Assembly (NCBI GenBank): GCA_964016885.1
Contig: OZ024740.1
Coordinates: 42,594,001 to 42,658,000 of the forward strand
Reading direction: 5' to 3'
From: Eledone cirrhosa
Lineage: Eukaryota
DNA: 64,000 nt
The notes under the pieces are model-generated. The model had not been told where the DNA came from and did no database searches. It saw only the letters and a program-made list of their open reading frames with translations. Both the position numbers and the translations under genes were made by a program. Below, piece after piece: positions 13,644 through 26,913 of the stretch (positions are counted from its first letter, which is position 1; each line of letters starts with the position of its first letter).

Positions 13644-14165
13644 CATACATACATACACACAATCATACATATATATACTCACGTACATGCATACACATAC
13701 ATAGTCACATATATACACGCATACATAGGCATGCACACATATAGATATATGTACACACACCTACATACGCACACACACAAATAATTATAAGAAAAAATAT
13801 AATAATAAAAATACCGTCACATAAGAATAAAAAATAAATGTAAAAATTATTATAAAGTTGACAGCGATACAGGCAACAAATAAATGAACAAACACACGTG
13901 GTAAGCAATACACACAATTGCACATACACATACATACGTAAAAATAAATACATACACACACTTACACATACACATACACATATACATACACACACACACA
14001 TATACATATATACATATATACATATAAGTACATATATACACACATATATATATCTATACATACATACACATACATACATATCACAAACACATACATACAA
14101 ATACATATACACACATATGTATGTGTGTAAAACTCATTCTTATATGTATTCATATGAACCTTGTT
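13225..14165 (-). mobile_element. Non-coding PLE-type element carrying an HHR
   Basis: Inverted homolog of 10790-12085 with an intact HHR near its 3' end. Confidence 0.6.
13248..13308 (-). ncRNA. Type-I hammerhead ribozyme
   Basis: Minus strand: tttcatt CTGATGA ttgagagcaaa atttc tttgcttttaa GAAA ccactgg TA aatgaaa. Confidence 0.88.
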
Positions 14166-14172
14166 TAACTCT

Positions 14173-14262
<90 letters not shown>

Positions 14263-14329
14263 CACACACACACATACACATACATATACATACATACACA
14301 CACACATATATATATATATAAGAAAAACA

Positions 14330-14915
14330 TAAATATAAGTATGTACACGTACATACATATATGTATACAGACGTACAGTAGTATGTATATATATATATAC
14401 ATACATGCACACATATATATATATATATGTACGTATGGATTCACCGAACATTTATTATAATGCTCGGTGTGTTTGTAAACAAACATCCCGTATTAAGCCG
14501 AAGTTTCTAGCAACCATCTTTGTTCGTTTGTTCAACACTGACAAAGGAACGCTGTATTAGTTTCAAGCTTATTAGCTATCGTCAGCAACGTATACCTTCT
14601 TGCCAGATTGTTGAACGTATATACTTACCTTATGCATATTAACGGCTGAGTAGCCCAATTTGCATATCGAGTGGGTTAATCGGCCGGGTGCACCGAAAAC
14701 GATAAACGGAAAAAATGAAACGAAATTTCATTTCCCACTCTTAGTACGGCTGTTACTTAAATATAAGTATGTACACGTACATACATATATGTATACAGAC
14801 GTACAGTAGTATGTATATATATATACATACATGCACACATATATATATACGTACGTATGGATTCACCGAACATTTATTATAATGCTCGGTGTGTTTGTAA
14901 ACAAACATCCCGTAT
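14330..14915 (-). mobile_element. Retrozyme-like unit: ~425-bp monomer with a ~160-bp terminal direct repeat
   Basis: 14330-14493 is repeated at 14758-14915, with an internal HHR and no ORF. Confidence 0.7.
14549..14591 (-). ncRNA. Type-I hammerhead ribozyme
   Basis: Minus strand: acgttg CTGACGA t agct aata agct t GAAA ctaa TA cagcgt. Confidence 0.82.
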
Positions 14916-17290
14916 ATAAAAAAACCTAAATGTTGTATATATAAAAATAAAAATAAAAAGTTGGGAATACGACAAATAATGAATAAATAAATAATTAGAA
15001 AAGGGTATAAATGTTTATAGCTGATTTAGAGCACTGAACAAGTTCCTGGAGCAATATTAATTATGATACCCTGCCTCTACTGCAAGTACGCAAATATAGC
15101 CACTTTTGTGTCAATCACATTATATACCACCCCTACTGGAAGTAGCCAAAACTGCCACCTTTCTGTTAAATACATGTTATCTCTCGTCTACGAAAAGTAC
15201 CCAACACTACCAGTCTTACATTAAACATGATATCAAACTTCCAGAAGCAACCAATATTGCCACCCTTGTACCTCACATATTGCTCAACTATTTCATGTTT
15301 TAGACATTTAAGTTCATGTGCCCATTCCAATCAAGATTCTTTTGTCATATTAAACAATGTCATACGATCTTGTCTTTGTCTTTTTATCGCAATATGTTGT
15401 TAGAATACGAAAGGTTCCTTCAAATTTATTTCCACCGTCCAATGATCGACACCATTGAAAAGCCTGAATCTCGTCTTTCCTTTGTTCACACGCTTTTGTA
15501 GTGTTTCTCAAACTCCTAGCGAAAAACAATATGGTGCAAATTAATGTTGATTCTCGCTGCACCAACTATGCTACATTACTGTTTTAGGGAATCAGCAATG
15601 ATATTCAAGATTTATTATGCTAATAGGTATACTCTGTAGGATTTGAGTTGCATGTATCAAGCAATAGTTTCCAACAATAGATAACCTCCATCCCGATAAC
15701 AATCACCACTGCCTTTCTTTCAGTACTCCGTCTAATATTGAACGGGAAGAAAGATAATCGTACAATGTTCTCATGAATAATTACAACCTATCTAGTCATG
15801 TTTCCCACAAGCTGCCATAGCTTCCTTTAATCAGGTTTCGTTTATTTTGACCCTAAATAGTCACAGCCCTCCTTCAAGTGTTTCGTTAAACGCGTTACAA
15901 ATTTATTTGTTACCGCAAATATATTAATATTCCACTGATAGCTTGCCTAACGTTGCTTCTACAGTCTAAGATTAAATATTGATGCAGTAGCGTACAATGT
16001 CTTTAGACTAGTCAGAACTTAATGTCTCCACAAAGCCTGCAGACTTTTAAAATAAATTTAAGATGGACCGATATAATTTACTGCAGCATTTAGATGCTTT
16101 TCAAAATCCTAACATCGAAGATTTGAAGATTTGAATTTAATTTAGGACTTATGTGTTCCAGGCTAAATAGTATCCGGTGTTATAGTCATCATAGGTTGTT
16201 ACAGATAATGTCTTATCTCCTCTTATTTGACTACATATGTTCTCCATCTAAATATCGTGTTGCAATTCTTAACTAATCAACTATATTCAATAATCAAGTT
16301 AGTGTTATCAATGTAGTACATAAACATATCTCTAATATTTTCTTTAAAATATTTTCAGGTTATACGTCTATAATCACATTAAATGTTTGATTTGTTAACA
16401 TTTCGAAACATCAATAAGAGTAAAATGACACAAACAGTATGAGAACCATCTTAAATAGTTGAAATCTGTGCAGTGTATAGAAGAGTAAAACAGTAAGAAA
16501 AGATGTCACAGTTTCATTTCCGGACAGAAGCCATGTTTTATCTGCGCTGGAAATAATCTTCGGAAATATATAAACTCAAAGCGTCCCTTTTTCTCATCAG
16601 TAAACTAGTGTTTATCCACAGTAAAAATAAAAAGAAGTCTGAATAATACAAGTACAAAACAAAATAAGAAGAGTCATTCCCGCAATGATGCTAATTGCTC
16701 TAATCGAAATGCGAACATGTGTCGTAAATGATACTAATTTGACGATTCATATTTGCAAAGTGGTTCAATATTGAGTGTAAAAGTAAGAGTGCTTTAGTTG
16801 TAGTTGTAATATAACTGTTGATGATGTTAGCAAAACACCAGTACTAAGGTCAGCGTAAAATATCAACAGAAGTTAACATACGTTTTATTAAAGTGTATAT
16901 TTTATTCAGGAACTATATTTTCATCTTTTGGGATCAACATGTGAATTCCACGTTGATGTAATAGGAAGGAAACAAAGAAACCCATTGGGATTCTTCGGGT
17001 TTATGGAAAGTGTTTGCTCAATTACTTATTCATGACGGCAAATATTTCAATGTTGTGGAATATGAAATGAAGAGGAAAGAACGAAGTATAATGTTATTAT
17101 ATGTGATAGATGGGTGGAAAATTGGAGGTTTTTTTTTAATAAAAATAAAAAGATCATAAACATCTATTTCAAATAAGAACAACAGATGTTTAAAAACAAA
17201 TGATCTTCGGTTTTTTAGTTATGAGCTACTACGTTTTGAGTTCATATCTCACCGAGACGATCCCTGCCTTTCATTCTTACAGCATCGATC

Positions 17291-17322
17291 GTACTTGCTT
17301 CGGCAGTACATATACTAAAATT
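17291..17322 (+). pseudogene. U6: U6 snRNA 5' fragment (tailless retrocopy)
   Basis: GTACTTGCTTCGGCAGTACATATACTAAAATT matches the U6 5' stem-loop plus ATATACTAAAATT. Flanked by a 17-bp imperfect TSD inside a decayed SINE. Confidence 0.85.
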
Positions 17323-18129
17323 CTCACGCCATCGATAGAATAAAGCACAATCAAGTATTGGGGTGGGTATAATCAAGTTTCTTTTTTTTACAAAATTGCT
17401 GACCCAGTGCCAAAATTTGAACCTGCTATCACATTTAATGGGAAAATGGCGTGGATTGTTTAATAGTAACTAAACACTGATTGTAACTAGAGACTAAATA
17501 TGTACATTTGTCGCATTTATATACGGCCCTTTTCATTCTGAGATAAATTTTACCGATGTCGACCTTACATATCAACCATTGGCTGGGAATCAATAAATTA
17601 ATACCAGGCACATACTGAGATCGATATAATGAACTCTTTCATTTACAAAAGAAAAAAATATTTGCCCATTTTTCTACATAAGAAATTATTTATCCTTTAA
17701 TAACTAGATCAACGATATATTATATACCTTCCAGTATTTACTTTTATACAACTGTACTCTAGGTCCAATTCTCATCAGCGTTGACTTTGTGGATCGATAA
17801 AGTAAGTAACATATACGTGATGACTATACTCGTCTTTGTGTACATGTGCGTACTTGTACTAATGTGAGGCATCATTTTTACGTCAACTATATTTTGAAAA
17901 TAAGGATTAGAAATTTAGGTTTTCATCTGACGAAGTTGTATTGAGTAAGCACTTCGGATAAGTAAATGTAAGTTATCCTATGAATTCACGCATATTTCGC
18001 TTTAAAATGTTGACCATAAATCCCATCATAGGAAACCTGCTAGGGTATATGAGTCAGCTGACAGATGCAGGCGAACTATTTACATGACATAGGTTACAGT
18101 TAATGTTTGGAATTAATATGCATTATTTT

Positions 18130-18316
18130 AGTGAATTGGCAGTATCGGTAGAGGGTTGGACGCCATGCTTTCTAACATAGTTACGTCTCTTTACGGTCTG
18201 AGTTCAAATCCCGTCGAAGTTAACTTTGCCTTTCATCCTTACGAGGTCGATGAAATAAAGTACCAGTGATGCACTAGGTAATTGCTGGCATTGTACAAAA
18301 AGTAGAAACAATCATT
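18130..18316 (+). mobile_element. tRNA-derived SINE (cephalopod-type family)
   Basis: B-box gagttcaaatcc and body gttaactttgcctttcatcc..gtcgat..aaagtaccagt. Several copies occur in the window. Confidence 0.8.
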
Positions 18317-18397
18317 TTAGAAATCAGGAAATTTCAAGCTGAAATTTGTGTTTATTTACATGGAAAGACAAATTATCTGTATGAATTGTATTTGCTA

Positions 18398-18995
18398 CTA
18401 GCAGTGGTACCCGGCGTTGCACGGGATAAGGTATTGTGAAATATATAACCGCCTTAGCTAAGCTTAGTATTGGCACAACCACGGCTGGCAAAGAAATAAG
18501 GGTCTGGTGGTACGTAAGTAAGCAACACTGTGGCTTAAAACGTGAGGAAGAAGTTGTGTGCACTTACCAACTGTTTGGGGAATGAGTGTGAGATTTGTCT
18601 GGAGCAAGGGTGGCACAATAACTGGAGGCAGCAGACAGCCAGACATACAGACAGATATTATAAGGGCGCGTTCTGGACGCAGAGCGAATTGTAGAAAGTG
18701 ACGTAATGCAGACAGCTAAACATACAGACAGATATTATAAGGACGCGAAGTTATATGTATGTATCTATCTAAAAAGAGAAAGACTCAGAATTATAGAGAG
18801 AGATCGCTAAATCGCCTAATGCTGTCCCTAGGGCATTGAAAATTTGAAATTGTTTTTGCTCAGAACACTCCCTGAAACATAAGTATTACATGTGTAAAGT
18901 TTGAAAACAGTCGGTTGAGTGGTTCTCGAGTTTTAGGGATTGAAACTCTCACACACACACAGACAGACATCCTCAGTTTTATATATATATATAGA
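18398..18995 (-). mobile_element. Non-autonomous Helitron
   Basis: On the minus strand: A|TCTATATATAT at the 5' end, subterminal hairpin cccgtgcaacgccggg (18410-18425), and 3' CTAG|T. Confidence 0.8.
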
Positions 18996-20152
18996 TGTTG
19001 TCTTGACTAGAATATCTAAAATCGGAGAAAGACATTGTTTCTTTGACATGGGGGGATTGGGAAATTAAAAGATCGTTGAAGGAACTTAGTATTCGTAAGC
19101 CTTTATCATATATGTATATATAAAGAGGTGAGAGGTTAACATTAAAACAGATGTTAAAGCATGAAAGAGTTGTATTTTTACACATGAACTCAGTGGTAAT
19201 TAATCTAAGATTCCAAGAATTATTCATAAAAATAATTTGTTTCCATTATATTTCTCAAACATTACATTAAGGTTCATAGCAAAGGTTAGTGATTTTCAAA
19301 CAGAAACAAAAAGCAGTCGACTTGTGGTAAGCAATAGAATTATTGGATGGAATGTAGTTGTAACAATCAGAGACGAATACAGTCACATATTTTATGTGTA
19401 ACGTGTTTGTTATTGCTATTATTCTCATGAGGTGAGAGTTTTTGATATAATAACTTATGATTTGAGCAAAATAGATACATTATGGAACATTTATTCGAAT
19501 TTCTGTGTCAGTGTTCGGAAAATATCCCTTTAGATATCTACTTCGTTATTTGACCATTGAGTATCGGTTCTACTATTTACGAACTACTAAGTGATGAAAT
19601 TAATGATGTCTGTACTGATATCGGCCGATAATCGAATTTGCTTTCAATATCAATTATATTTTCCCATTAAATTCAGTTAAGAAAACGTCAACTTGAATCG
19701 TGTTTAAATTTCGTTGAAATGTTGGAATCGATCTTATATAATGACGGGTTGAAAATTTATAGATTCTATCTAGTTAAGGATAAAGCTAACTTGGGGAATA
19801 GAATTATTGATTTAGCTTGATACGTCGAACGTATTTCTGAGAAAGATTCAACTTGATATAGTATGTGATGAACTGGCCGTTATAATTACACATAGAGTGG
19901 TTCTGACCCGCCATCTTTTATCTACTTTCACTCACAAGGCGTGGGTTGACACGCACTATCATAGAATATATGGACCTATGATAGAAGAAACGCACCAATG
20001 GCACCGACTGGTTGAATTGAAACCGAATCTTTATGATCTGCGAAGTGAATTTCTTAATGACAGTAACGTAAAAGTGAACATGTATGGTGATCCTGGGTGT
20101 GCGTAGATGATACTCCAGAGTAACGAGGGTTAAACCCACCACGTGGCCATAA

Positions 20153-20220
<68 letters not shown>

Positions 20221-20268
20221 CACACACATACATCCATTTCTCTCTATATCTATCTATATGTATATGTA

Positions 20269-20300
<32 letters not shown>

Positions 20301-20340
20301 CGTATATATATTAATAATAAATATATATATATATATATAT

Positions 20341-20490
20341 AGAAAAAGAGATGAAATCGAAAATGCAACTGGAGTCTTATTTAAAAAAAAATAAGACTCC
20401 AGTTGTATTTTCGATTTCATCTCTTTTTCTTTATACTTTCACTCGTGTAGGACACCTCGGTTATTTTTCATTTTGTAAAAAAAACCTCAC

Positions 20491-20495
<5 letters not shown>
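20341..20495. repeat. Fold-back element in (TA)n with a ~65-bp tail
   Basis: Hairpin 20341-20430 plus tail. The long arm recurs at 22668-22783. Confidence 0.75.
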
Positions 20496-20530
<35 letters not shown>

Positions 20531-20926
20531 ACGTGGAGTCAGTTATAGTCACACTTTGGATTAGCAATTGAGCAAAAACCTGTTGATAGAGTGGCTTCCT
20601 TGTTCAATCATCTTACCAGAAGCTTAACATTTTTTATGTAAGCGGACAGTACATGATTTAGGAGTCGCAGAAACCCAAATACTGGATTATACCAACCTTC
20701 CAGGGGTCCGGGTAAATTTTCAATCACATATATTTTTATTGTTTGACCCGAATTACTTGGTCGTTTCTTTGGCTGTGCAGATGTTTTGTTTAACCATCAT
20801 CTCAGTGTGTTTGGCCTTTAACGTATGTTGTAGCTCTGATTCATTCTGAATCATCGACGCTTGCCACACATCTCGGAAGTTGTTTATCATTAATTCCTGA
20901 GCCGAAATACGATTCTCGCTAATTTA

Positions 20927-20992
<66 letters not shown>

Positions 20993-20996
<4 letters not shown>

Positions 20997-22008
20997 TGCT
21001 TTGGAAGGGTCATGTTGCCAATAAGAAACACACGCACCAGATGCTTTTACTTCAATTTATTATAAATTAAATTTATAAATTTAGGAATTTATAAATTTCC
21101 GGTTGGTTGGATGGTTCGACAACCAGACGATTGTTCATATATTGTCAAAGTTCTTTCGTCACACATTCTGTGACCTCTTCAGTGACTGGGGATTCTTTTC
21201 TTTGTTTTTCTGCCACTCCTTTATTCTGTCCTACGCCATCTTCTTTTTGTTGTGTGCTTAGTTTGCGCATGTGTTACACCCGGGTGTCTGTGTGTGTTTA
21301 TATTTGTTTATTTATTTGTTTATTTACATGTTATTGGTTGATTGTTTGTTCTATGTGTGTGTGTTTTAATTTTGTCCTTAATTGTAAGTTGTGATGTTGT
21401 ATTTCATTCATATTGTCTATTTAATTTTGGTTGGAGTTCATTTATGTTTTTTGCCTCTGTGATTTGTCTAAACATTGCGTCTTTTCTGTGTGTAGATTCT
21501 ATTTTTATTTCTATGTTCTCTAATTTACCCTTATGTTCTATTTTAGCATGTTGGTGGAGTACAGATGATTCTTTACTATCTTGAAGTGCTCGCCAGTGTT
21601 CATTTATCCGTATCCCTATACTATGAGCTGTCTCACCTATGTACACTATATTCTTATCTCTACATTGTCCTTCAGTACATCTTATGCTATATACTACATT
21701 TCTAGTTTTACAGTTAATATGGGGGCTTAGTTTACAGATTGTACATTTCTCATCTATACAGGGAGGTCTTTGAAAGGGGTGTGTATTGCTAATAAGTGTT
21801 TTTATGGAGGTACCTGGTCTTTCCACTATCATAATATTGAGTTTATGTTTATCTAGGTCCCTTCTAAATTTGTAAGCTAATTCACCTCTAGGAGTTGTAT
21901 CGATGAACATTACACTCTGGTATTTATTGCTATCATCCCAAAGCATAACAACATAGGTTTCAACAAACGTTTTCAGATAAAAAATCTTGCTAAACAAATT
22001 CAGAAACG

Positions 22009-22012
<4 letters not shown>
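20993..22012 (-). mobile_element. Penelope-like element 3' part (GIY-YIG endonuclease) with a short inverted terminal copy
   Basis: ORF 21404-21997 has a CIDEKCTIC..C linker and VVYSIRC...YIGET..RINEH. HHR in the 3' region. (TA)n on both flanks. Confidence 0.88.
21144..21186 (-). ncRNA. Type-I hammerhead ribozyme (PLE pLTR)
   Basis: Minus strand: gtca CTGAAGA g gtcaca gaatg tgtgac GAAA gaac TT tgac. Confidence 0.88.
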
Positions 22013-22081
<69 letters not shown>

Positions 22082-22284
22082 TTATTAATATATATTAATT
22101 ATTTCTGAAAACAGCATATATATGTGTAGGTATGTATATTCCCTCTGATAGTTTGTAAAATTTTTACATAGATCTATATGATATACATACCAACACACAC
22201 ATATATATCCTAGAAAGGATCGTAAAATGATGAATTGTTTAATATAAGGAACTGTTTCTTTGTTTTTATTCATTGCTTTTATTA

Positions 22285-22359
<75 letters not shown>

Positions 22360-22415
22360 TATACATATATATACATATATATGTATATATATATAAATAT
22401 ATACATATACATATA

Positions 22416-22475
<60 letters not shown>

Positions 22476-22484
22476 TATATATAT

Positions 22485-22562
<78 letters not shown>

Positions 22563-22779
22563 GACCAACCAGATGTGAGAAAAACCACAGACCCTCCATC
22601 TCAACTCACCTTTTGAAAAGCAGAAGAACTGCGAAACCGGTAAAGGAACCAAATAAATATATATATTTAAAAAAAAAATAAGACTTCAGTTGCATTTTCG
22701 ATTTCATCCCTTTTTCTTTATACTTCCACTCGTGTAGGACACCTCGGTTATTTTTCATTTTGTAAAAAAAACCTCACTT

Positions 22780-22818
<39 letters not shown>

Positions 22819-23395
22819 GTATAGCTCCTTTATTGTAGAGCTGATCCTTAATCCTGCATAAGCGGCTGTTATTTCTAGCACCGTGAATGCTGGACAGCTA
22901 GTTTTGGCCTGCCTACACACGTGTAGTCAGACCTGCAAAATTTTTGATGTGAGATATACTAATTTTACTGGATTCCTGTTGATAAGCACAGACGATTTGG
23001 ATATTTCACTCTTTTATTTCTATTCCATTTCGATTCTCTTTATTTTTCAATTCACATTCCACCGTTGCGAAACTTATTTAGGTTTCGAGGTTCAAATTCG
23101 TCTACAGAACAGGTTTGAATTTTGAAATTTAAATCTGTCCAGGAATCATGGCCGTTGCCAATATAAGCTTGTCTTTATTGACTTATATCGAGACAGACAA
23201 ATTGTATTCACTTTAATTAGTTTATTTCATTAATAGCTAACTTTGTCTGTTGCAATATAAACACATTTCGTGTTTATCATATATTTTAAATGTATTTAAC
23301 TGCTCGGAAGAGCCCCTTCCTGGATCTTAATTATTGTAAACGACTGAGAGTTTATTCTCAAAATATAATATAATATATATATATTATATATATAT

Positions 23396-23434
<39 letters not shown>

Positions 23435-23445
23435 CATATATATAT

Positions 23446-23484
<39 letters not shown>

Positions 23485-23623
23485 CATATATATATATACA
23501 TACATATATATATATATTTATACATATATATATATACATACATATATATATATTTATACATATATATATATACATACATATATATATATTTATACATATA
23601 TATATATTTATACATATATATAT

Positions 23624-23678
<55 letters not shown>

Positions 23679-23680
<2 letters not shown>

Positions 23681-23792
23681 CACGTGGCTTTGTGGTCAGT
23701 AAGTTGGATTCGCAATCGTGTGATTGCGAGTTCAATTCTCGGACCGGGTAATGCTCTGTGTCTTTGAATAAGACACTTTATTTCACGTTGCT
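23679..23792 (+). mobile_element. tRNA-derived SINE fragment (second family)
   Basis: A/B-box-like gtggctttgtggt..gagttcaattc followed by tgtgtctttgaataagacacttta. Homologous to 48470-48753. Confidence 0.65.
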
Positions 23793-24079
23793 TTTTCTGT
23801 GACCGGTAATATCACCAGTGGAAACACCGTTTCTTTGGTCCGATTTCACGAGTACCACCCGAGTCAACAAACAAATGAGAGCGATATACAAACATGAAAT
23901 GTTATGTACAATTCATCCTTACAAAACAAACAGATATTGTATGAATCCGTAACGTCTGTTGTATTGATCGACCACGTTTCTTGGGCACTCTAAATCCGGC
24001 GGTAGCCATTGCATCTTCAGGCCTGAACACACCCTATTTCTTCTAGAGAAGGAACGATTGTGAAAGAGAGGAAGTGAGT

Positions 24080-24250
24080 AAGAGATATAGTGGAAAGTTC
24101 GACCCAAGTACGTGACTTGTATTTTATTTATCGAAGGGATGAAAGGAAAATTTAACCTCGGTTGGATTTGAACTCAGAACGCAGAAGGCTGGAACGAATA
24201 CCACAAAGCATTCTATCCAACGCTCTCACAGCTCTAGCAATTCTTCGCCC
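24080..24250 (-). mobile_element. tRNA-derived SINE
   Basis: Reverse-complement similarity to the 18130 family (ggatgaaagg..ggatttgaactcag). Confidence 0.7.
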
Positions 24251-24927
24251 TAAGTGGATACTTTATATACATGAATAAAAAATTGAAACAAGAAATAGGT
24301 TTTCTTATCGCATTACGATTAAGTAATGATCGACAGAACCAATATTATTGTAGCTTCAATTTCCCGTTGCATCTATTTAGACATTATTTACATCATTTAT
24401 GTGCTTAGGGAATCTAAGAAGAGACATTGAATCCCCACAACTTATTAAATTTTCTTCTGCTTTGAAATAACTGATTAAATATACGATGATTTATTATCGA
24501 AAATGTTTTGTGATTAATTTATAATTTTATGAACAATTGTTTTTGCCGAATAATTTCTGTGCTCATATTTCTTACGCTTACTGTATCTATACCATTCCAT
24601 TGAAAGATTTACGTATATGTTATATCATATGGGGACGGGGGGGGGGGGGGGTAACCAATACTACCAATCAGAATCTGCGGGGTAGAATTAATCGACTTTC
24701 TCCCTCCCTTCAAATTGCTGGCCTTGTGCCAAATGTAGAAACAATTATTATTCGCTGCAGTCAGAATATGATGTCATTATGTGTTTGGTTAGGGGAGCTT
24801 AGTATATAATGTATTATATATAATGTGTGTGCATATGTATATAATGTTTAATTATACATACCTATATATATATATATATGTTATGGAATAGTGTTAGCTT
24901 CTCGCTCCAACAATTTCTATACTTTTC

Positions 24928-24998
<71 letters not shown>

Positions 24999-25008
24999 TA
25001 TACATATA

Positions 25009-25054
<46 letters not shown>

Positions 25055-25345
25055 TTAATATATATATATATATATACATATATTAATATATATATATATA
25101 TATACATATATTAATATATATATATATATATATATTAATATATAAATAAATATATATATATATATTAATATATATATATATATTAGGAGGAGGTTATAGT
25201 TCACTTGAAGCATTGTGTAATGAGGTATAAACGTTTGAATATGTATAATAAAGCCAAAACAATGCAGGTATGGACATAGAAAAAAGAATGCAATTGCAAA
25301 AGATATTGTTGACAAATCGTCTTTTACCTTAGATTTATTTAAATG

Positions 25346-25382
25346 CCCTTAATTTTCGAGATAATATCTCATCTTCAGAGGG
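25346..25382 (-). ncRNA. Minimal hammerhead ribozyme (PLE pLTR)
   Basis: Minus strand: ccct CTGAAGA t gagat att atctc GAAA at TA aggg. Confidence 0.82.
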
Positions 25383-25764
25383 AAATAAAGGTCTCAAACC
25401 AGCCTTCTAAATATCTTGCCAAGCCATGCTGACAGGAAATAGTATAGAGTATCTGTTCTATCTCTAATGTCAAAGAGTTAAAATTAGATGGATAAAGAGT
25501 AGTCTCCCTTTAAAACGGGTTTGTTTAGGGTTTTTATTTATTTTTTATATACATGCCTGTTTAAGTGTGTGGGAGAATGCATGAAGGTGTAAGTATGTGA
25601 GTGTGTGTGTATGTGAGTGTGAGAAGATAATCTATACGTAAATGTGGGGGATAGGTGTTATCTGGTGTTCGAACTGGTTTTGTGTGTGTATGTGTGAGAG
25701 AGAATAAGTGGAGGTGTAAGCGTGTGTCTGTGTGGGGTGTGTAAATATGGGGCTAGAAGCCCTA

Positions 25765-26913
25765 TCAGGTTATAAATTGGGTGTTGAGTTCTAGTCTATT
25801 ATTGATTGGTGGTTGTGTTTTGTCTATAATTAGTGCTTCCTTAATTCTAAGATTGCCGAGGTTTCTTTCCTTAGTTTCTATCCTAACTGTTATGGTTTTG
25901 TCGGTGTTTTTGCATTTAACTAGGTGTTTCTTAAATGAGCAAGCGTTAGTATTGAGGTGTTCTTTTATTCTTATGTGGAGTGGTCTGGTAGTGCTACCTA
26001 CGTAGAAGTTGTTGCATTTGTCACACTCTAGTCTGTATACGACGTAAGCCTGGTGGCATAGGTCTGTGTCGTTGATGGGGCAGTTGGCTAGTCTGCAGCA
26101 GTTGTCATGTCTGGTGGAGTGTCTTTTGGTTAGCTGTCCGCGTAGAGAAGGACCTGAGTGGGCCAGTTGGATATCTAGTCCCTCTCGTCTGATGGCTCTG
26201 CGGATGGCTGTTGTTGTTTCTTCACTGAAGTGTGGGAGCTTCAGGAAGCAAGTGTTAGAGCCTCGGGTGTGGTGTCCTCTGTTCTTTCTGGCACGGTTTG
26301 TGGTGGATGTCGTGTATCCGTTCAGTTTCACTACTTCCAGGAAATGTGTGGTGTGTGTGTCTCGGTCTCTAGCGTCGGTGCATTTGTTCCTGATAAGTGC
26401 CAGTTCGTTCCTTATGTATCCGAACTTGGCACCGAGTGGGAGGGCCGATCTGAAATGTACGAACAGGTCCCTGCTGGCGGCCTTTTTATAGAAGCAGGTG
26501 TGGATGTTGCCTTCCTCTGTTACCCTGAGTTGGAAGTCCAGTAGGGATAGGGATCCGCGGTCATCGGGGTGTTCCATGCTGAACTTTATACTGGCGTCCA
26601 TGCTGGAGAATGTTGTGTATATTTTATCTGCCTCCTCACGGGATGATGTAAGGATGAGTATGTCATCTACATATCGGATGAAGAAGGCATGGCAATGGCA
26701 GGTGTTGAGGGCTTGGCATTCTAGCTGGTTCATGTAGGTGATGGCCAGCAGGCCCGATAGGCTGGATCCCATGGGTAATCCTGTTGTCTGTCTGTATGTG
26801 TGGTGGTGGAAGGTGAAGTACGTGTTGTCTACTGTGAAGGACAAAAGCTGGTGTATGTCCGTCGGGTGGAGGCCGTAGCAGTGGATGTCCTCTGCGACCA
26901 CGCAGTCCGTCAA
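25765..26913 (-). CDS. PLE reverse transcriptase C-terminal half + GIY-YIG endonuclease (upstream part disrupted)
   Basis: 382-aa ORF with RT motifs B and C, thumb domain and GIY-YIG. Confidence 0.85.
   Translation of the reverse strand: MTDCVVAEDIHCYGLHPTDIHQLLSFTVDNTYFTFHHHTYRQTTGLPMGSSLSGLLAITYMNQLECQALNTCHCHAFFIRYVDDILILTSSREEADKIYTTFSSMDASIKFSMEHPDDRGSLSLLDFQLRVTEEGNIHTCFYKKAASRDLFVHFRSALPLGAKFGYIRNELALIRNKCTDARDRDTHTTHFLEVVKLNGYTTSTTNRARKNRGHHTRGSNTCFLKLPHFSEETTTAIRRAIRREGLDIQLAHSGPSLRGQLTKRHSTRHDNCCRLANCPINDTDLCHQAYVVYRLECDKCNNFYVGSTTRPLHIRIKEHLNTNACSFKKHLVKCKNTDKTITVRIETKERNLGNLRIKEALIIDKTQPPINNRLELNTQFIT

Noticed and set aside
15000-17170. Repeat-poor stretch examined for host exons (also 30700-33550)
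   Set aside because: No ORF with recognisable homology and no convincing exon chain.
17763-17801. Exon-like 39-nt segment (ag|...|gtaagt, VQFSSALTLWIDK)
   Set aside because: It matches a decayed copy of the local SINE (gttgacttt..gtcgataaa.taagtac), so the splice signals are probably incidental.
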